Virus record (IMG/VR): IMGVR_UViG_3300021431_000083
Direction: 5' to 3' (one strand)
From: a virus
Taxonomy: Duplodnaviria; Heunggongvirae; Uroviricota; Caudoviricetes
DNA: 64,000 nucleotides
Part shown: piece by piece, positions 19,492-27,098 of the stretch
Layout of the letters: each line of letters begins with the position of its first letter
Numbering within the stretch: the stretch's first letter is position 1
Position numbers and translations under genes: made by a program
The notes under the pieces: model-generated
Seen by the model: only the letters and a program-made list of their open reading frames with translations
Told to the model about the DNA's origin: nothing
Database searches by the model: none

Positions 19492-19679
19492 TAGTGTTTC
19501 TTTCTATGATTAAATCGAATAATAAAGTAAACTGCAGCGCCAATGATTAAAATACCATCAATAATATACAGCACAATAACACCAATCCCTCCTGTTGAAG
19601 GAAGTTCTGCAGCGTATGCGGTGATAGGAATGATCATTAAACACATCACTGTTAATAAAATAGTTCAAAATTTCTTCAT
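19491..19679 (-). CDS. 62-aa secreted mini-protein made of a signal peptide plus an LPXTG-type sorting signal (LPSTG, hydrophobic span, RFNHRKKH tail). Needs code 4 (TGA at codon 5).
   Basis: MKKFW(TGA)TILLTVMCLMIIPITAYAAELPSTGGIGVIVLYIIDGILIIGAAVYFIIRFNHRKKH. AAGGAG RBS. Confidence 0.45.
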
Positions 19680-19783
19680 AATCTCTCCTTCCTGCAATAA
19701 TATTTTCTCTATTATATATAAAATTATATCACAAATGATTATAATTTTTTGTTATTTGGCAGAATTGATTATAAAAGAAAGAA

Positions 19784-20284
19784 TTATGCCCATTTCGTAG
19801 TATCATAAACATAACTCATTAAACCTGATTGATCGGTATGATCTTTTGAAACAAGTAAGTAACCATCCCAAGGAGCTTGTTGTGCAACATTTTCATATGG
19901 TGTTGGTGTATTATTATAAATAATAAGTTCGCCTTCAACATCTTCTGTTGTATTTCTAACATCAACAGGACAAAACATTGCACGAAAACGAGTACCTACA
20001 TTTTTTCCAAGACTGATAAAATATCTATGCCCGCTTTGAATTTTATAAATATCGGTATAAGTATTTGATAAGTCTTGATATACCCACTGAGAATTATTCT
20101 CGATGTAGCCACCTTTGTAATCACGTTCAACTGGAAAAAGTGCCATTGTTGTATTTATACCAATTACTTTTTCTCCATTAGCGCCATATGCGGTAACACC
20201 CTTCAACATTTGTTCTTCTGAAACTGTAGCATCTGTTAAATCAACGAGTACTTGATCTCCATAATAAACTTTATTTACTTTCAT
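19784..20284 (-). CDS. hypothetical protein (166 aa)
   Basis: Intact ORF. Confidence 0.5.
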   Translation of the reverse strand: MKVNKVYYGDQVLVDLTDATVSEEQMLKGVTAYGANGEKVIGINTTMALFPVERDYKGGYIENNSQWVYQDLSNTYTDIYKIQSGHRYFISLGKNVGTRFRAMFCPVDVRNTTEDVEGELIIYNNTPTPYENVAQQAPWDGYLLVSKDHTDQSGLMSYVYDTTKWA

Positions 20285-20288
20285 GATA

Positions 20289-20582
20289 TTATCCTATCTT
20301 AATGGTAATGCCGCCAGCTTCATTAAAGGTCTTTTGATAAGGAATACCTTCTACAATAACTCTGGATAAATAGTTATATTCTTTATCTGGGGTAACCGTT
20401 TGTTTTAAGATAGACGATGTTATTGTTTTAATTTGTGTTTTAATAGAATCTGAAGGTACACTAATTAATTCTTTATTAACTAAACCTAAATTACCCTCTA
20501 AATTTTGTAGTCGTGTTATTGAACCATTTAAAGACTTGGCATCATTAAGATAACCAGTTAAATTAATTTTATTTAAACTCAT
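20289..20582 (-). CDS. hypothetical protein (97 aa)
   Basis: Intact ORF. Confidence 0.45.
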   Translation of the reverse strand: MSLNKINLTGYLNDAKSLNGSITRLQNLEGNLGLVNKELISVPSDSIKTQIKTITSSILKQTVTPDKEYNYLSRVIVEGIPYQKTFNEAGGITIKIG

Positions 20583-20583
20583 T

Positions 20584-20931
20584 TTAATTTACCTCTGGAG
20601 TTAATGTGAATATACCAGAAATGAAAGTATCCACAGTACCATCTTCTTTTGTAAGTTCAATTTCATAAACATATCGTCCAAAAGCAAGATTCTTTGTTTC
20701 TGCGGATTCTAGTCTTAAAATAAGAGTATCATTCGGAATCATCTTTAAAATTAATGGTTCTTTATCGAGATACCGTTCTCTTTTACTGTCCATAGTATTG
20801 TGCTTTAAAGCAAAATAGATTATATCCCCAGAATCAGGAATATAATCACTACCATCTTGTTTAATATTTACTTGTACAATTAAAGTGTCTCCACGAGTAA
20901 GACTAATATTATTATTTTCAATAGTGTACAT
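20584..20931 (-). CDS. hypothetical protein. Start moved to the internal Met (MYTIENNN) to avoid overlap with tRNA-Arg.
   Basis: The track ORF 20584..20961 overlaps the tRNA. Confidence 0.4.
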   Translation of the reverse strand: MYTIENNNISLTRGDTLIVQVNIKQDGSDYIPDSGDIIYFALKHNTMDSKRERYLDKEPLILKMIPNDTLILRLESAETKNLAFGRYVYEIELTKEDGTVDTFISGIFTLTPEVN

Positions 20932-20950
20932 TTTACCTACCTTAATTGAC

Positions 20951-21027
20951 TGGCACCGCATATAGGACTTGAACCTATAACAAAGTAGTTTAGAAGACTA
21001 CGGCTCTTCCTCTTGAGCTAATGCGGC
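20951..21027 (-). tRNA. tRNA-Arg(UCU)
   Basis: Acceptor GCCGCAT/ATGCGGT. D-arm GCTC-AAGAGGAA-GAGC. Anticodon arm GTAGT-CTTCTAA-ACTAC. CCA encoded. Confidence 0.65.
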
Positions 21028-21036
21028 TTATTATAT

Positions 21037-21113
21037 GGCACCCGCAGTCCGAATCGAACAGACGCCTTCTTGATTTGGAGTCAAGCTATACTTCCAATTA
21101 TACGACACGGATG
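21037..21113 (-). tRNA. tRNA-Trp(CCA). The 5' side is irregular and the acceptor needs three G-U pairs.
   Basis: Anticodon arm CTTGA-CTCCAAA-TCAAG. T-arm GTCTG-TTCGATT-CGGAC. CCA encoded. Confidence 0.5.
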
Positions 21114-21121
21114 TTTATTGT

Positions 21122-21197
21122 TTGGTACCGAGCATGGGCCACGATCCCACATCTCCGACATTAAGAGTGTCGCGCTTTGCCAATTAAGCTAACTCGG
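21122..21197 (-). tRNA. tRNA-Lys(CUU)
   Basis: Acceptor ACCGAGT/GCTCGGT. Anticodon arm CGACA-CTCTTAA-TGTCG. Unusual T-loop ATCGTGG. Confidence 0.55.
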
Positions 21198-21200
21198 TAT

Positions 21201-21464
21201 TGGTTGCCTGGACGGGATTTGAACCCGCAACTAATGGATTACATACCACTACTATTTTCATAGCCATTTCGTTTGTGGTCTGGACTTTATCTTCACCATA
21301 TTTTAAAACTTAGGCGGCTCGTGTAAAGTCTCTACACACGGTTTCCCTTGCTCGGTATTACCATTTTACAGGTTTCACCGACTTAGCGAGCTTATTCACT
21401 TATAAGTTTCCTTATAAGGCTTCCAATCGAAAGTCCACTACGCTTCCGTTGCGTCACCAGGCAA
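21201..21464 (-). tRNA. split tRNA gene, probably tRNA-Lys(UUU). 5' exon about 21432-21464, 3' exon about 21201-21241, separated by an intron-like insertion of about 190 nt in the anticodon loop.
   Basis: 5' half: TGCCTGG-TG-ACGC-AACGGAA-GCGT-A-GTGGA-CTTT. 3' half: TAA-TCCAT-TAGTT-GCGGG-TTCAAAT-CCCGT-CCAGGCA-A-CCA. Acceptor and anticodon stems pair only across the insertion. Confidence 0.5.
21242..21431 (-). other. putative group I intron in a tRNA anticodon loop
   Basis: The 5' exon ends in U and the insertion ends in G before the 3' exon. It contains AAGATAAAGTCC, close to the group I P7/S element AAGATATAGTCC, plus GGGAAACC and GACTTTA elements. Confidence 0.45.
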
Positions 21465-21950
21465 TATCTTATCAAAATCATAATCTTTAAAAAATTTTAT
21501 CCCTGAAGTTTGTCCATTTTTAGTTGGTTCAATCCTTAAAGAAATAGTTTGACAACTACCAATATCTTTAATTGGTACTAGAGCAATTATATCTCTATTT
21601 TGATTATAAAATACAAAATAATCTACATCTTTTTCATAAGTATCTAAAGACTTATTTGTAGTATGATTTTTAGAACTTCTACAATAGCATCTAATACTTC
21701 CATTAGCTTCTTCATTTGCGGTTTTTACTTGGATACGATTTAGTTTACCACCAAATTCAGCAATCATATCATAACGTTCATTGTCTCCTCAAGGAAGAGC
21801 TACTGGAATATTACGACGTTGAAATTCAAATAACGCTTTAGCTTCAGAAATATTACCTTTAGTTTTACTATTCATAATTACCACACTTTCTCCACACTCA
21901 CTAATAACCGACCAAACAGGTGGTGTGGATTCACTTTTCAATAAGCTCAT
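21438..21950 (-). CDS. PD-(D/E)XK nuclease-like protein, 170 aa, needs code 4 (one TGA). Its 3' end overlaps the tRNA 5' exon.
   Basis: Motif ALPW(TGA)GDNERYDMIAEFGGKLNRIQVK (D ... E-x-K). Lies between tRNA-Asn and the split tRNA. Confidence 0.45.
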
Positions 21951-21982
21951 GACTTCTTATCTATTTTGGTCGGATATTTAAC

Positions 21983-22058
21983 ATGGCTCCCAGTACTGGA
22001 TTCGAACCAGTATAACGACATTAACAGTGTCGCGTCCTGCCGTTGAACGAACCGGGAA
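21983..22058 (-). tRNA. tRNA-Asn(GUU)
   Basis: Acceptor TCCCGGT/ACTGGGA. D-arm GTTC-AACGGCA-GGAC. Anticodon arm CGACA-CTGTTAA-TGTCG. T-arm ACTGG-TTCGAAT-CCAGT. CCA encoded. Confidence 0.65.
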
Positions 22059-22098
22059 TAAAACTAAAGTCTTTCTGGACTTTATTAAACAAGCATAT

Positions 22099-22183
22099 AG
22101 CTACCCTGTGTCGCGGGGGTCGGATTCGAACCGACGTTGATGCCGACTTATGAGGACGGTGAGTAACCACTACTCCACCCCGC
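22099..22183 (-). tRNA. tRNA-Met or Ile2 (anticodon CAU)
   Basis: Acceptor CGCGGGG/CCCCGCG. Anticodon loop CTCATAA. T-arm GTCGG-TTCGAAT-CCGAC. Slightly long variable region. Confidence 0.5.
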
Positions 22184-22194
22184 GTCACGAGGTG

Positions 22195-22407
22195 CTAATC
22201 ATCATCATAATTAAAATAATCTTCTGGATGCAATAAATAATCTATATATTCACTTGCTTCTTCATATGTATCAAAACTACCTATAACTCGAAATCTTGGA
22301 GAATATATGTCATGAATACTGCGGACAGTATAACAGCCACAATAAAAACCATTAATTTGTTCATCACAAACAATATATTCTTTAAGCATGTTATTTCCTT
22401 TTAACAT
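22195..22407 (-). CDS. hypothetical protein (70 aa)
   Basis: Intact ORF with a consensus promoter upstream at about 22405-22448. Confidence 0.45.
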   Translation of the reverse strand: MLKGNNMLKEYIVCDEQINGFYCGCYTVRSIHDIYSPRFRVIGSFDTYEEASEYIDYLLHPEDYFNYDDD

Positions 22408-22409
22408 TT

Positions 22410-22445
22410 ATATTATATCATATTAGCTTAACAATAGTCAAGTTA
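22410..22445 (-). promoter_or_regulatory. consensus promoter module (TTGACT, 18-nt spacer, TATAAT)
   Basis: Read on the minus strand. Confidence 0.5.
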
Positions 22446-22449
22446 ATTT

Positions 22450-22812
22450 TTATTCATTATAAGTATAAGTTACTTTTTCAGGAATCCATAAATATGGCCA
22501 TCCAATAAAATCGTCTAAAGTAACAACAATAAAGAAATCTTTTCCAACTTCTTTACACAATTGCGGTAAAATTACACTATGCATGTAATGATAATGTTCA
22601 CTTTTTTCTTCTTCACTCATATTAAAAAAATTACTGTCTATATCATATTCAAAATAATCTTCGTCATAGTATTTTCCGCCATGCCATGCTTTAAAACGCA
22701 TATATGGAATTTTAACAGTAACTAACATAATTCTCCTTTGGTCGCGGAGGGTGCTAAATATATTGCCATTTATATCCATAAGCAGTTTTTCTTTTTCCTC
22801 TACACACTCCAC
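22450..22812 (-). CDS. hypothetical protein (120 aa); start uncertain because it overlaps the next gene
   Basis: Intact ORF. Confidence 0.4.
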   Translation of the reverse strand: MECVEEKEKLLMDINGNIFSTLRDQRRIMLVTVKIPYMRFKAWHGGKYYDEDYFEYDIDSNFFNMSEEEKSEHYHYMHSVILPQLCKEVGKDFFIVVTLDDFIGWPYLWIPEKVTYTYNE

Positions 22813-23365
22813 TTATATGAGAACTACTATCAGGTTTATTAATAAATCTCGCAGCTTCTCTCGTAGATTTAAAAGTTTTTATAATCTCATTTGTTTTTAT
22901 ATCAATCATCGCAACAGCTTTCTGCTGCTGTTCTTGAACAGAAGGAATCAGAACATTAAATTCTTTACAAGCAGTTCTAACAGTATTTTTAGAACAATTA
23001 AAATAATCTTGGACCTTTTTTGAGTTTTTTAATTCTTTCATTTTATTTGCTATAGCTTCATAATCATAATAGCGTCTACTATCTCCACCTAAAGTAGCGT
23101 TATATCCATTATTATAAGTATCTAATTTTTGAATCCAATATTGTTCACGTTCATTTAGATCTTTTTCATCACATTCTTCTAATTTATTAATAATGAAATT
23201 ATCTACTCCATATTTATTTAAAGCTCTACAAATCGGTCTAGTTTGATTTTGTTTATATTTAGCATCATGTTGATGCATCTGCCATCTGCGATGAATAGAT
23301 TGACAAGTTTGTCCCACATACTGTTTTTTATTTATTTTATTCGTTATAACATAAATAAAACCCAT
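22754..23365 (-). CDS. GIY-YIG homing endonuclease (I-TevI-like)
   Basis: N-term GFIYVITNKINKKQYVGQT (GIY ... YVG). Basic C-terminal DNA-binding region. Sits directly beside the tRNA cluster. Confidence 0.6.
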   Translation of the reverse strand: MGFIYVITNKINKKQYVGQTCQSIHRRWQMHQHDAKYKQNQTRPICRALNKYGVDNFIINKLEECDEKDLNEREQYWIQKLDTYNNGYNATLGGDSRRYYDYEAIANKMKELKNSKKVQDYFNCSKNTVRTACKEFNVLIPSVQEQQQKAVAMIDIKTNEIIKTFKSTREAARFINKPDSSSHISGVCRGKRKTAYGYKWQYI

Positions 23366-23423
23366 CTCTTCTCCAAATTCTTATTATAACAAAAGTATCA
23401 TCACTTTTGGAGGTAGTGTCTAT

Positions 23424-23499
23424 GGTATCAGCAGCGGGCTACGATCCCGCGTTTCTACCTTGAAAGGGTAGTGTCCTAGTCCAACTAGACGATGCCGAC
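23424..23499 (-). tRNA. tRNA-Glu(UUC)
   Basis: Acceptor GTCGGCA/TGCTGAT with G-U pairs. Anticodon arm CTACC-CTTTCAA-GGTAG. T-arm GCGGG-ATCGTAG-CCCGC. CCA encoded. Confidence 0.55.
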
Positions 23500-23502
23500 A
23501 TT

Positions 23503-23575
23503 GGTCGCTATGGAAGGTAACGCTCCTCCGTCTTGGCGTTATCAGCACCCTGCTCTACTTTTGAGCTACATAGCG
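23503..23575 (-). tRNA. tRNA-Ile(GAU)
   Basis: Acceptor CGCTATG/CATAGCG. D-arm GCTC-AAAAGTA-GAGC. Anticodon loop CTGATAA. Unusual T-loop AGCGTTA. Confidence 0.5.
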
Positions 23576-23576
23576 T

Positions 23577-23651
23577 TGGCTTCCTCTTCAGGACTCGAAC
23601 CTAAACTAAGGGCACCAAAAACCCTTGTGCTACCAATTACACCAAGAGGAA
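23577..23651 (-). tRNA. tRNA-Gln(UUG)
   Basis: Acceptor TTCCTCT/AGAGGAA. Anticodon arm AGGGT-TTTTGGT-GCCCT. T-arm TTAGG-TTCGAGT-CCTGA. Confidence 0.55.
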
Positions 23652-23708
23652 ATATCAGATATTAGTATTAACCATTACGAACCACGTGGAGGTTTCTGAT
23701 TCTCGTAA

Positions 23709-23794
23709 CTACGGATGGTGGGACTCGAACCCACAAACCTTGCGGCAACGGATTTTGAGTCCGTCGTGTTTGCCAATTTCACCACACCCGCACT
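23709..23794 (-). tRNA. tRNA-Leu(CAA), type II
   Basis: Acceptor GCGGGTG/CATCCGT. Anticodon arm ACGGA-CTCAAAA-TCCGT. Long variable arm. T-arm GTGGG-TTCGAGT-CCCAC. Confidence 0.55.
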
Positions 23795-23988
23795 TAAGAT
23801 TCAATTAATTTAAATTGAGTTGTATAATAAGTACCGCAATGGTCACATTGACCACTACCATACTTTAATTCAAAAGAAGCACCACACTTAGGACAAGTTA
23901 TAGGATATACTTCTACAATTTCACATTTAAGAGCATATGTTTTACCACCAAAAGAAATTTTACTTATATATCCATCAACTTGTTCCAT
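23794..23988 (-). CDS. small zinc-ribbon protein (CPKCG ... CDHCG). Start moved to the internal Met (MEQVDGY) to avoid the tRNA.
   Basis: The track ORF 23794..24045 runs into tRNA-Met. Confidence 0.4.
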   Translation of the reverse strand: MEQVDGYISKISFGGKTYALKCEIVEVYPITCPKCGASFELKYGSGQCDHCGTYYTTQFKLIES

Positions 23989-24011
23989 ATGTAATCCTTT
24001 ATATAGTGAGA

Positions 24012-24086
24012 TGGTGCGGGAGACAGGAGTTGAACCTGCTTCCAATCGATTATGAGTCGAGTGCTCTACCGTTGAGCTTCTCCCGC
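24012..24086 (-). tRNA. tRNA-Met (CAU), second copy; possibly the initiator or elongator partner of the first
   Basis: Acceptor GCGGGAG/CTCCCGC. D-arm GCTC-AACGGTA-GAGC. Anticodon loop CTCATAA. T-arm CAGG-TTCAACT-CCTG. Confidence 0.55.
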
Positions 24087-24087
24087 A

Positions 24088-24175
24088 TGGTCCCGCGTCT
24101 AGGTAACGCTCCTAGCCAGCATTAAAGCAACAGTTTTACAGACTGCCCCGTGTCTTTAACGGAATACCGCGGGAT
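24088..24175 (-). tRNA. tRNA-Tyr(GUA), type II
   Basis: Anticodon arm GCAGT-CTGTAAA-ACTGT. 14-nt variable arm. T-arm CTAGG-AGCGTTA-CCTAG. CCA encoded. Confidence 0.45.
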
Positions 24176-24176
24176 A

Positions 24177-24251
24177 TGGCCAGGCGTACGGGAATCGAAC
24201 CCGTGATAATGGTTAGACAGACCATTGTGATAACCGCTTCACTAACGCCCG
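24177..24251 (-). tRNA. tRNA-Asp(GUC)
   Basis: Acceptor CGGGCGT/ACGCCTG. D-arm GTGA-AGCGGTTA-TCAC. Anticodon arm ATGGT-CTGTCTA-ACCAT. T-arm ACGGG-TTCGATT-CCCGT. Confidence 0.65.
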
Positions 24252-24253
24252 AC

Positions 24254-24329
24254 TGGAGCTGGCGACAGGAATCGAACCCGCAACCTAGTGATTACAAATC
24301 ACTTGCGCTACCTATTGCGCCACGCCAGC
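24254..24329 (-). tRNA. tRNA-Thr(UGU)
   Basis: Acceptor GCTGGCG/CGCCAGC. D-arm GCGC-AATAGGTA-GCGC. Anticodon arm AGTGA-TTTGTAA-TCACT. T-arm GCGGG-TTCGATT-CCTGT. Confidence 0.65.
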
Positions 24330-25619
24330 AAAATAAAAGCGTTGGGTAAGGTGTAACGCGACCACCGCATGTAAAATTATTTTATGTCTAATCGACATGC
24401 TCGCAAAGACAGTAGGATTGCTCCTTTTGGAAGATATATCTATTATGGCTGATATGACTTTAAATATATATAAATATATCCTCCAAAAGAAGATACTTTC
24501 ATAGGAACCACCCTCATCGTAGAGAAAGTATAAACTACAGAAGGTTCTAACGCTCTTAACCTACAAGCGATCTTTACTTTACGCATAGACTTGCGGCAAG
24601 ATCATTACCCTATCCTGCATGGGATGTACTTGATTTCGTTCAAACACATAAAGACGGAAATCATTTTGGTTCAGGTGATTTCAAAACCAGAAAACCACAA
24701 TTTTATTTTATAGTCTAATTGGTTCATACTAGACTGGCATTAAGTACGCCTAAGAAAACATTTTATAAATGTTCTCTAAGGCATAAACTGTTTATCAGTT
24801 ATTTCAGCCCTTTAAGCTACACTAGAGAGTATGTTAGGCTACTCTCTTTTTATATACCCTGCCTAACCAGAGACGCCGTTTTATTTAATGACGCGAACGG
24901 ACTAGGAACTTGGTAATCACCTTACGGTATCCGCCATTTTCCATACCACTTAATTTCTTAAGGGCTATTACGTCAATTCCTTCAAACAGAATAGTTGAAG
25001 ATATACATGCCAGCCTTCGCTGTACCGCATCTATTTACTGGATATTCGATCACGCAGGAGATAAGGCTGAGTATGTCGGAGCGACCGTCATACTTCTTAC
25101 CCCAGCCGTTAAGGCCATCTCTACTGTAGGAGTGATTACCTACAACTTTCACACGTCATTCAGCATTAATATATTCTCCTAAATATTCATTGATATAAGG
25201 AGCTGCTTTGTGCTACTCGAACCTTGCTCTTGTCTTATTCTTTCTGTTACCAGAAAGTCAACAGCTCAATCTCCTTATTGGTATTTCCAGCTTTCTCTTA
25301 TTCAGCACCACCTGTTAATAAGTGTTCTGGATTCTTCCCCACTGGGGCGTCTATTGCGGAGACGACAATTTGCAAGTATCTTTCCTTAGCAAATAGACTA
25401 AGCGCATTCTTCATTTTGTTGGTAGTTCCTACCTTCTAAAGCAAACCTCACGATTCACCTTAAAGCCACACAGCCAAGTATCCCAGACTGTATAAACTCA
25501 TTGAGAAGAACCCTCAGCACGTTGACACCGCTCTGCACTGAGTTGCACCTAAATCTTCAACTATTCTGTTTTCAAAGTTCTTAGGTTAAGAAACCTAATA
25601 TTAACTCTCTCAACCTTAT

Positions 25620-25662
25620 ATATTTATTATATCATATTTTCTTTTCAATTGTCAAGAAAAAT
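25620..25662 (-). promoter_or_regulatory. consensus promoter module, 1 of 3 in tandem, pointing into the 24.3-25.6 kb noncoding island and the tRNA cluster
   Basis: tatttattatatcatattttcttttcaattgtcaa. Confidence 0.45.
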
Positions 25663-25797
25663 TTTTAAACTAGTTTTTTAGTAATTTTATTCACGTGTTA
25701 TTACATTGAACTACTAGCAAACCGTTTTTAGCACGAGGACCACTCCGTGTTTTTTAGATGGTGTACGTCTTCCCTGGCCTGTTCCCATCATATCTTA

Positions 25798-25842
25798 TAT
25801 ATATATTATATCATATTTATAAAACCATTGTCAATAAAAATT
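25798..25842 (-). promoter_or_regulatory. consensus promoter module, 2 of 3 in tandem
   Basis: atatattatatcatatttataaaaccattgtcaa. Confidence 0.45.
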
Positions 25843-25925
25843 TTTAACAGCTGAAAGATTTTAAATCTTTCTTATTTTATATAAAAACTGAAAAACTTTT
25901 TTTATCCCCTTTTGATAAATATATT

Positions 25926-25962
25926 ATATCATATTTTCTTTGCGGCCGTCAATAAAAACTTT
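25926..25962 (-). promoter_or_regulatory. consensus promoter module, 3 of 3 in tandem
   Basis: atatattatatcatattttctttgcggccgtcaa. Confidence 0.45.
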
Positions 25963-25971
25963 TAGTTACAT

Positions 25972-26544
25972 TCATTCAAATTCAAATTTACATTGTATAT
26001 AATACCATTTAATATCCTCAATAATGGCATCTATATTTACAGGACAACAATCATGAGCATCAACCGCAACGTTATAAGATTGCCATCCTCTATCCATAAA
26101 CTCATATCTATTTTGAGAATGAGTATGACCATGAAGATTCCAAACACGAGCTCTTAAAGGCTTATCATAATCATCATAATTTGCGGTTAACGTAGGATAA
26201 TGCGATAAAAGAAAATGCCATTTCTTATATTTAAGCATTCCAGAATATCCAAAACCTTCAACTAAACTAGGTAAATCCCAATACAATTGTTTTCTAACAT
26301 CACTATCATGATTGCCCCAAAAGACATGTAGCTTGCCATTGAGCCGCCGCAAACAATTTAAACCATGTTCATTATCACCAAGCATCTGATCACCCAAGAG
26401 AAAGAGATCATCATCAGGCCGCACAATACTATTAAATCTTTCAATGATTGCTTCATCATGCTTTTGGATATTAGAAAATCCTCGCGGCTTATAGATAAAA
26501 TCTCTGTCATGACCGAAGTGTAAATCTGAACAAACATATAACAT
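25972..26544 (-). CDS. calcineurin-like metallophosphoesterase
   Basis: Motifs DLHFGHD, GDQMLGD, GNHD, GHTH. Confidence 0.6.
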   Translation of the reverse strand: MLYVCSDLHFGHDRDFIYKPRGFSNIQKHDEAIIERFNSIVRPDDDLFLLGDQMLGDNEHGLNCLRRLNGKLHVFWGNHDSDVRKQLYWDLPSLVEGFGYSGMLKYKKWHFLLSHYPTLTANYDDYDKPLRARVWNLHGHTHSQNRYEFMDRGWQSYNVAVDAHDCCPVNIDAIIEDIKWYYIQCKFEFE

Positions 26545-27039
26545 TTAATCTACCCTCCAGACATAATCAAAACCTTCGCTATCCTCAACAGGCTGATATG
26601 CTTCAATCATGCGGTTCATAGCATCAGCAGGGACGACTCTATCACGTTTCTTATTACGATAAACAGCATCCAACATTGATGTATTCATCTGAACCGCAAT
26701 AAATTTACAATCTAAATCTTTAAGGTGATTGCGGCATTTGCGACGAGATTTCTTGGTCAGATGTGTTGCATCAAGAATTACATCACTACCATTTTTGATA
26801 GCTTCACGAGCACGCTCATAAAAAATATCAAAAACAACACCATTAAGAGATTGATTACTGGCATCACCGCAAAGCTCTTCACGAATATCATCAGAAGAGA
26901 TATAGACTCGACTGCGCCAAGGATGATCCATCAATACGTTCTTACAAAAATAACTCTTTCCGCTGCCAGGCACGCCGCACATAATGTATACAACAGGCTT
27001 ACGCAGTTGACGACGAATACCCTCATCACATTGAGTCAT
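26545..27039 (-). CDS. P-loop kinase (polynucleotide or nucleotide kinase-like)
   Basis: Walker A GVPGSGKS. Adjacent to a phosphoesterase and a ligase. Confidence 0.55.
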   Translation of the reverse strand: MTQCDEGIRRQLRKPVVYIMCGVPGSGKSYFCKNVLMDHPWRSRVYISSDDIREELCGDASNQSLNGVVFDIFYERAREAIKNGSDVILDATHLTKKSRRKCRNHLKDLDCKFIAVQMNTSMLDAVYRNKKRDRVVPADAMNRMIEAYQPVEDSEGFDYVWRVD

Positions 27040-27061
27040 ATATCTCTCCTTTCTTTCAACA

Positions 27062-27098
27062 ATAATATTATAACATAATTATATTATAGCTGTCAACT
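27062..27098 (-). promoter_or_regulatory. consensus promoter module (approximate)
   Basis: aatattataacataattatattatagctgtcaa. Confidence 0.4.
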
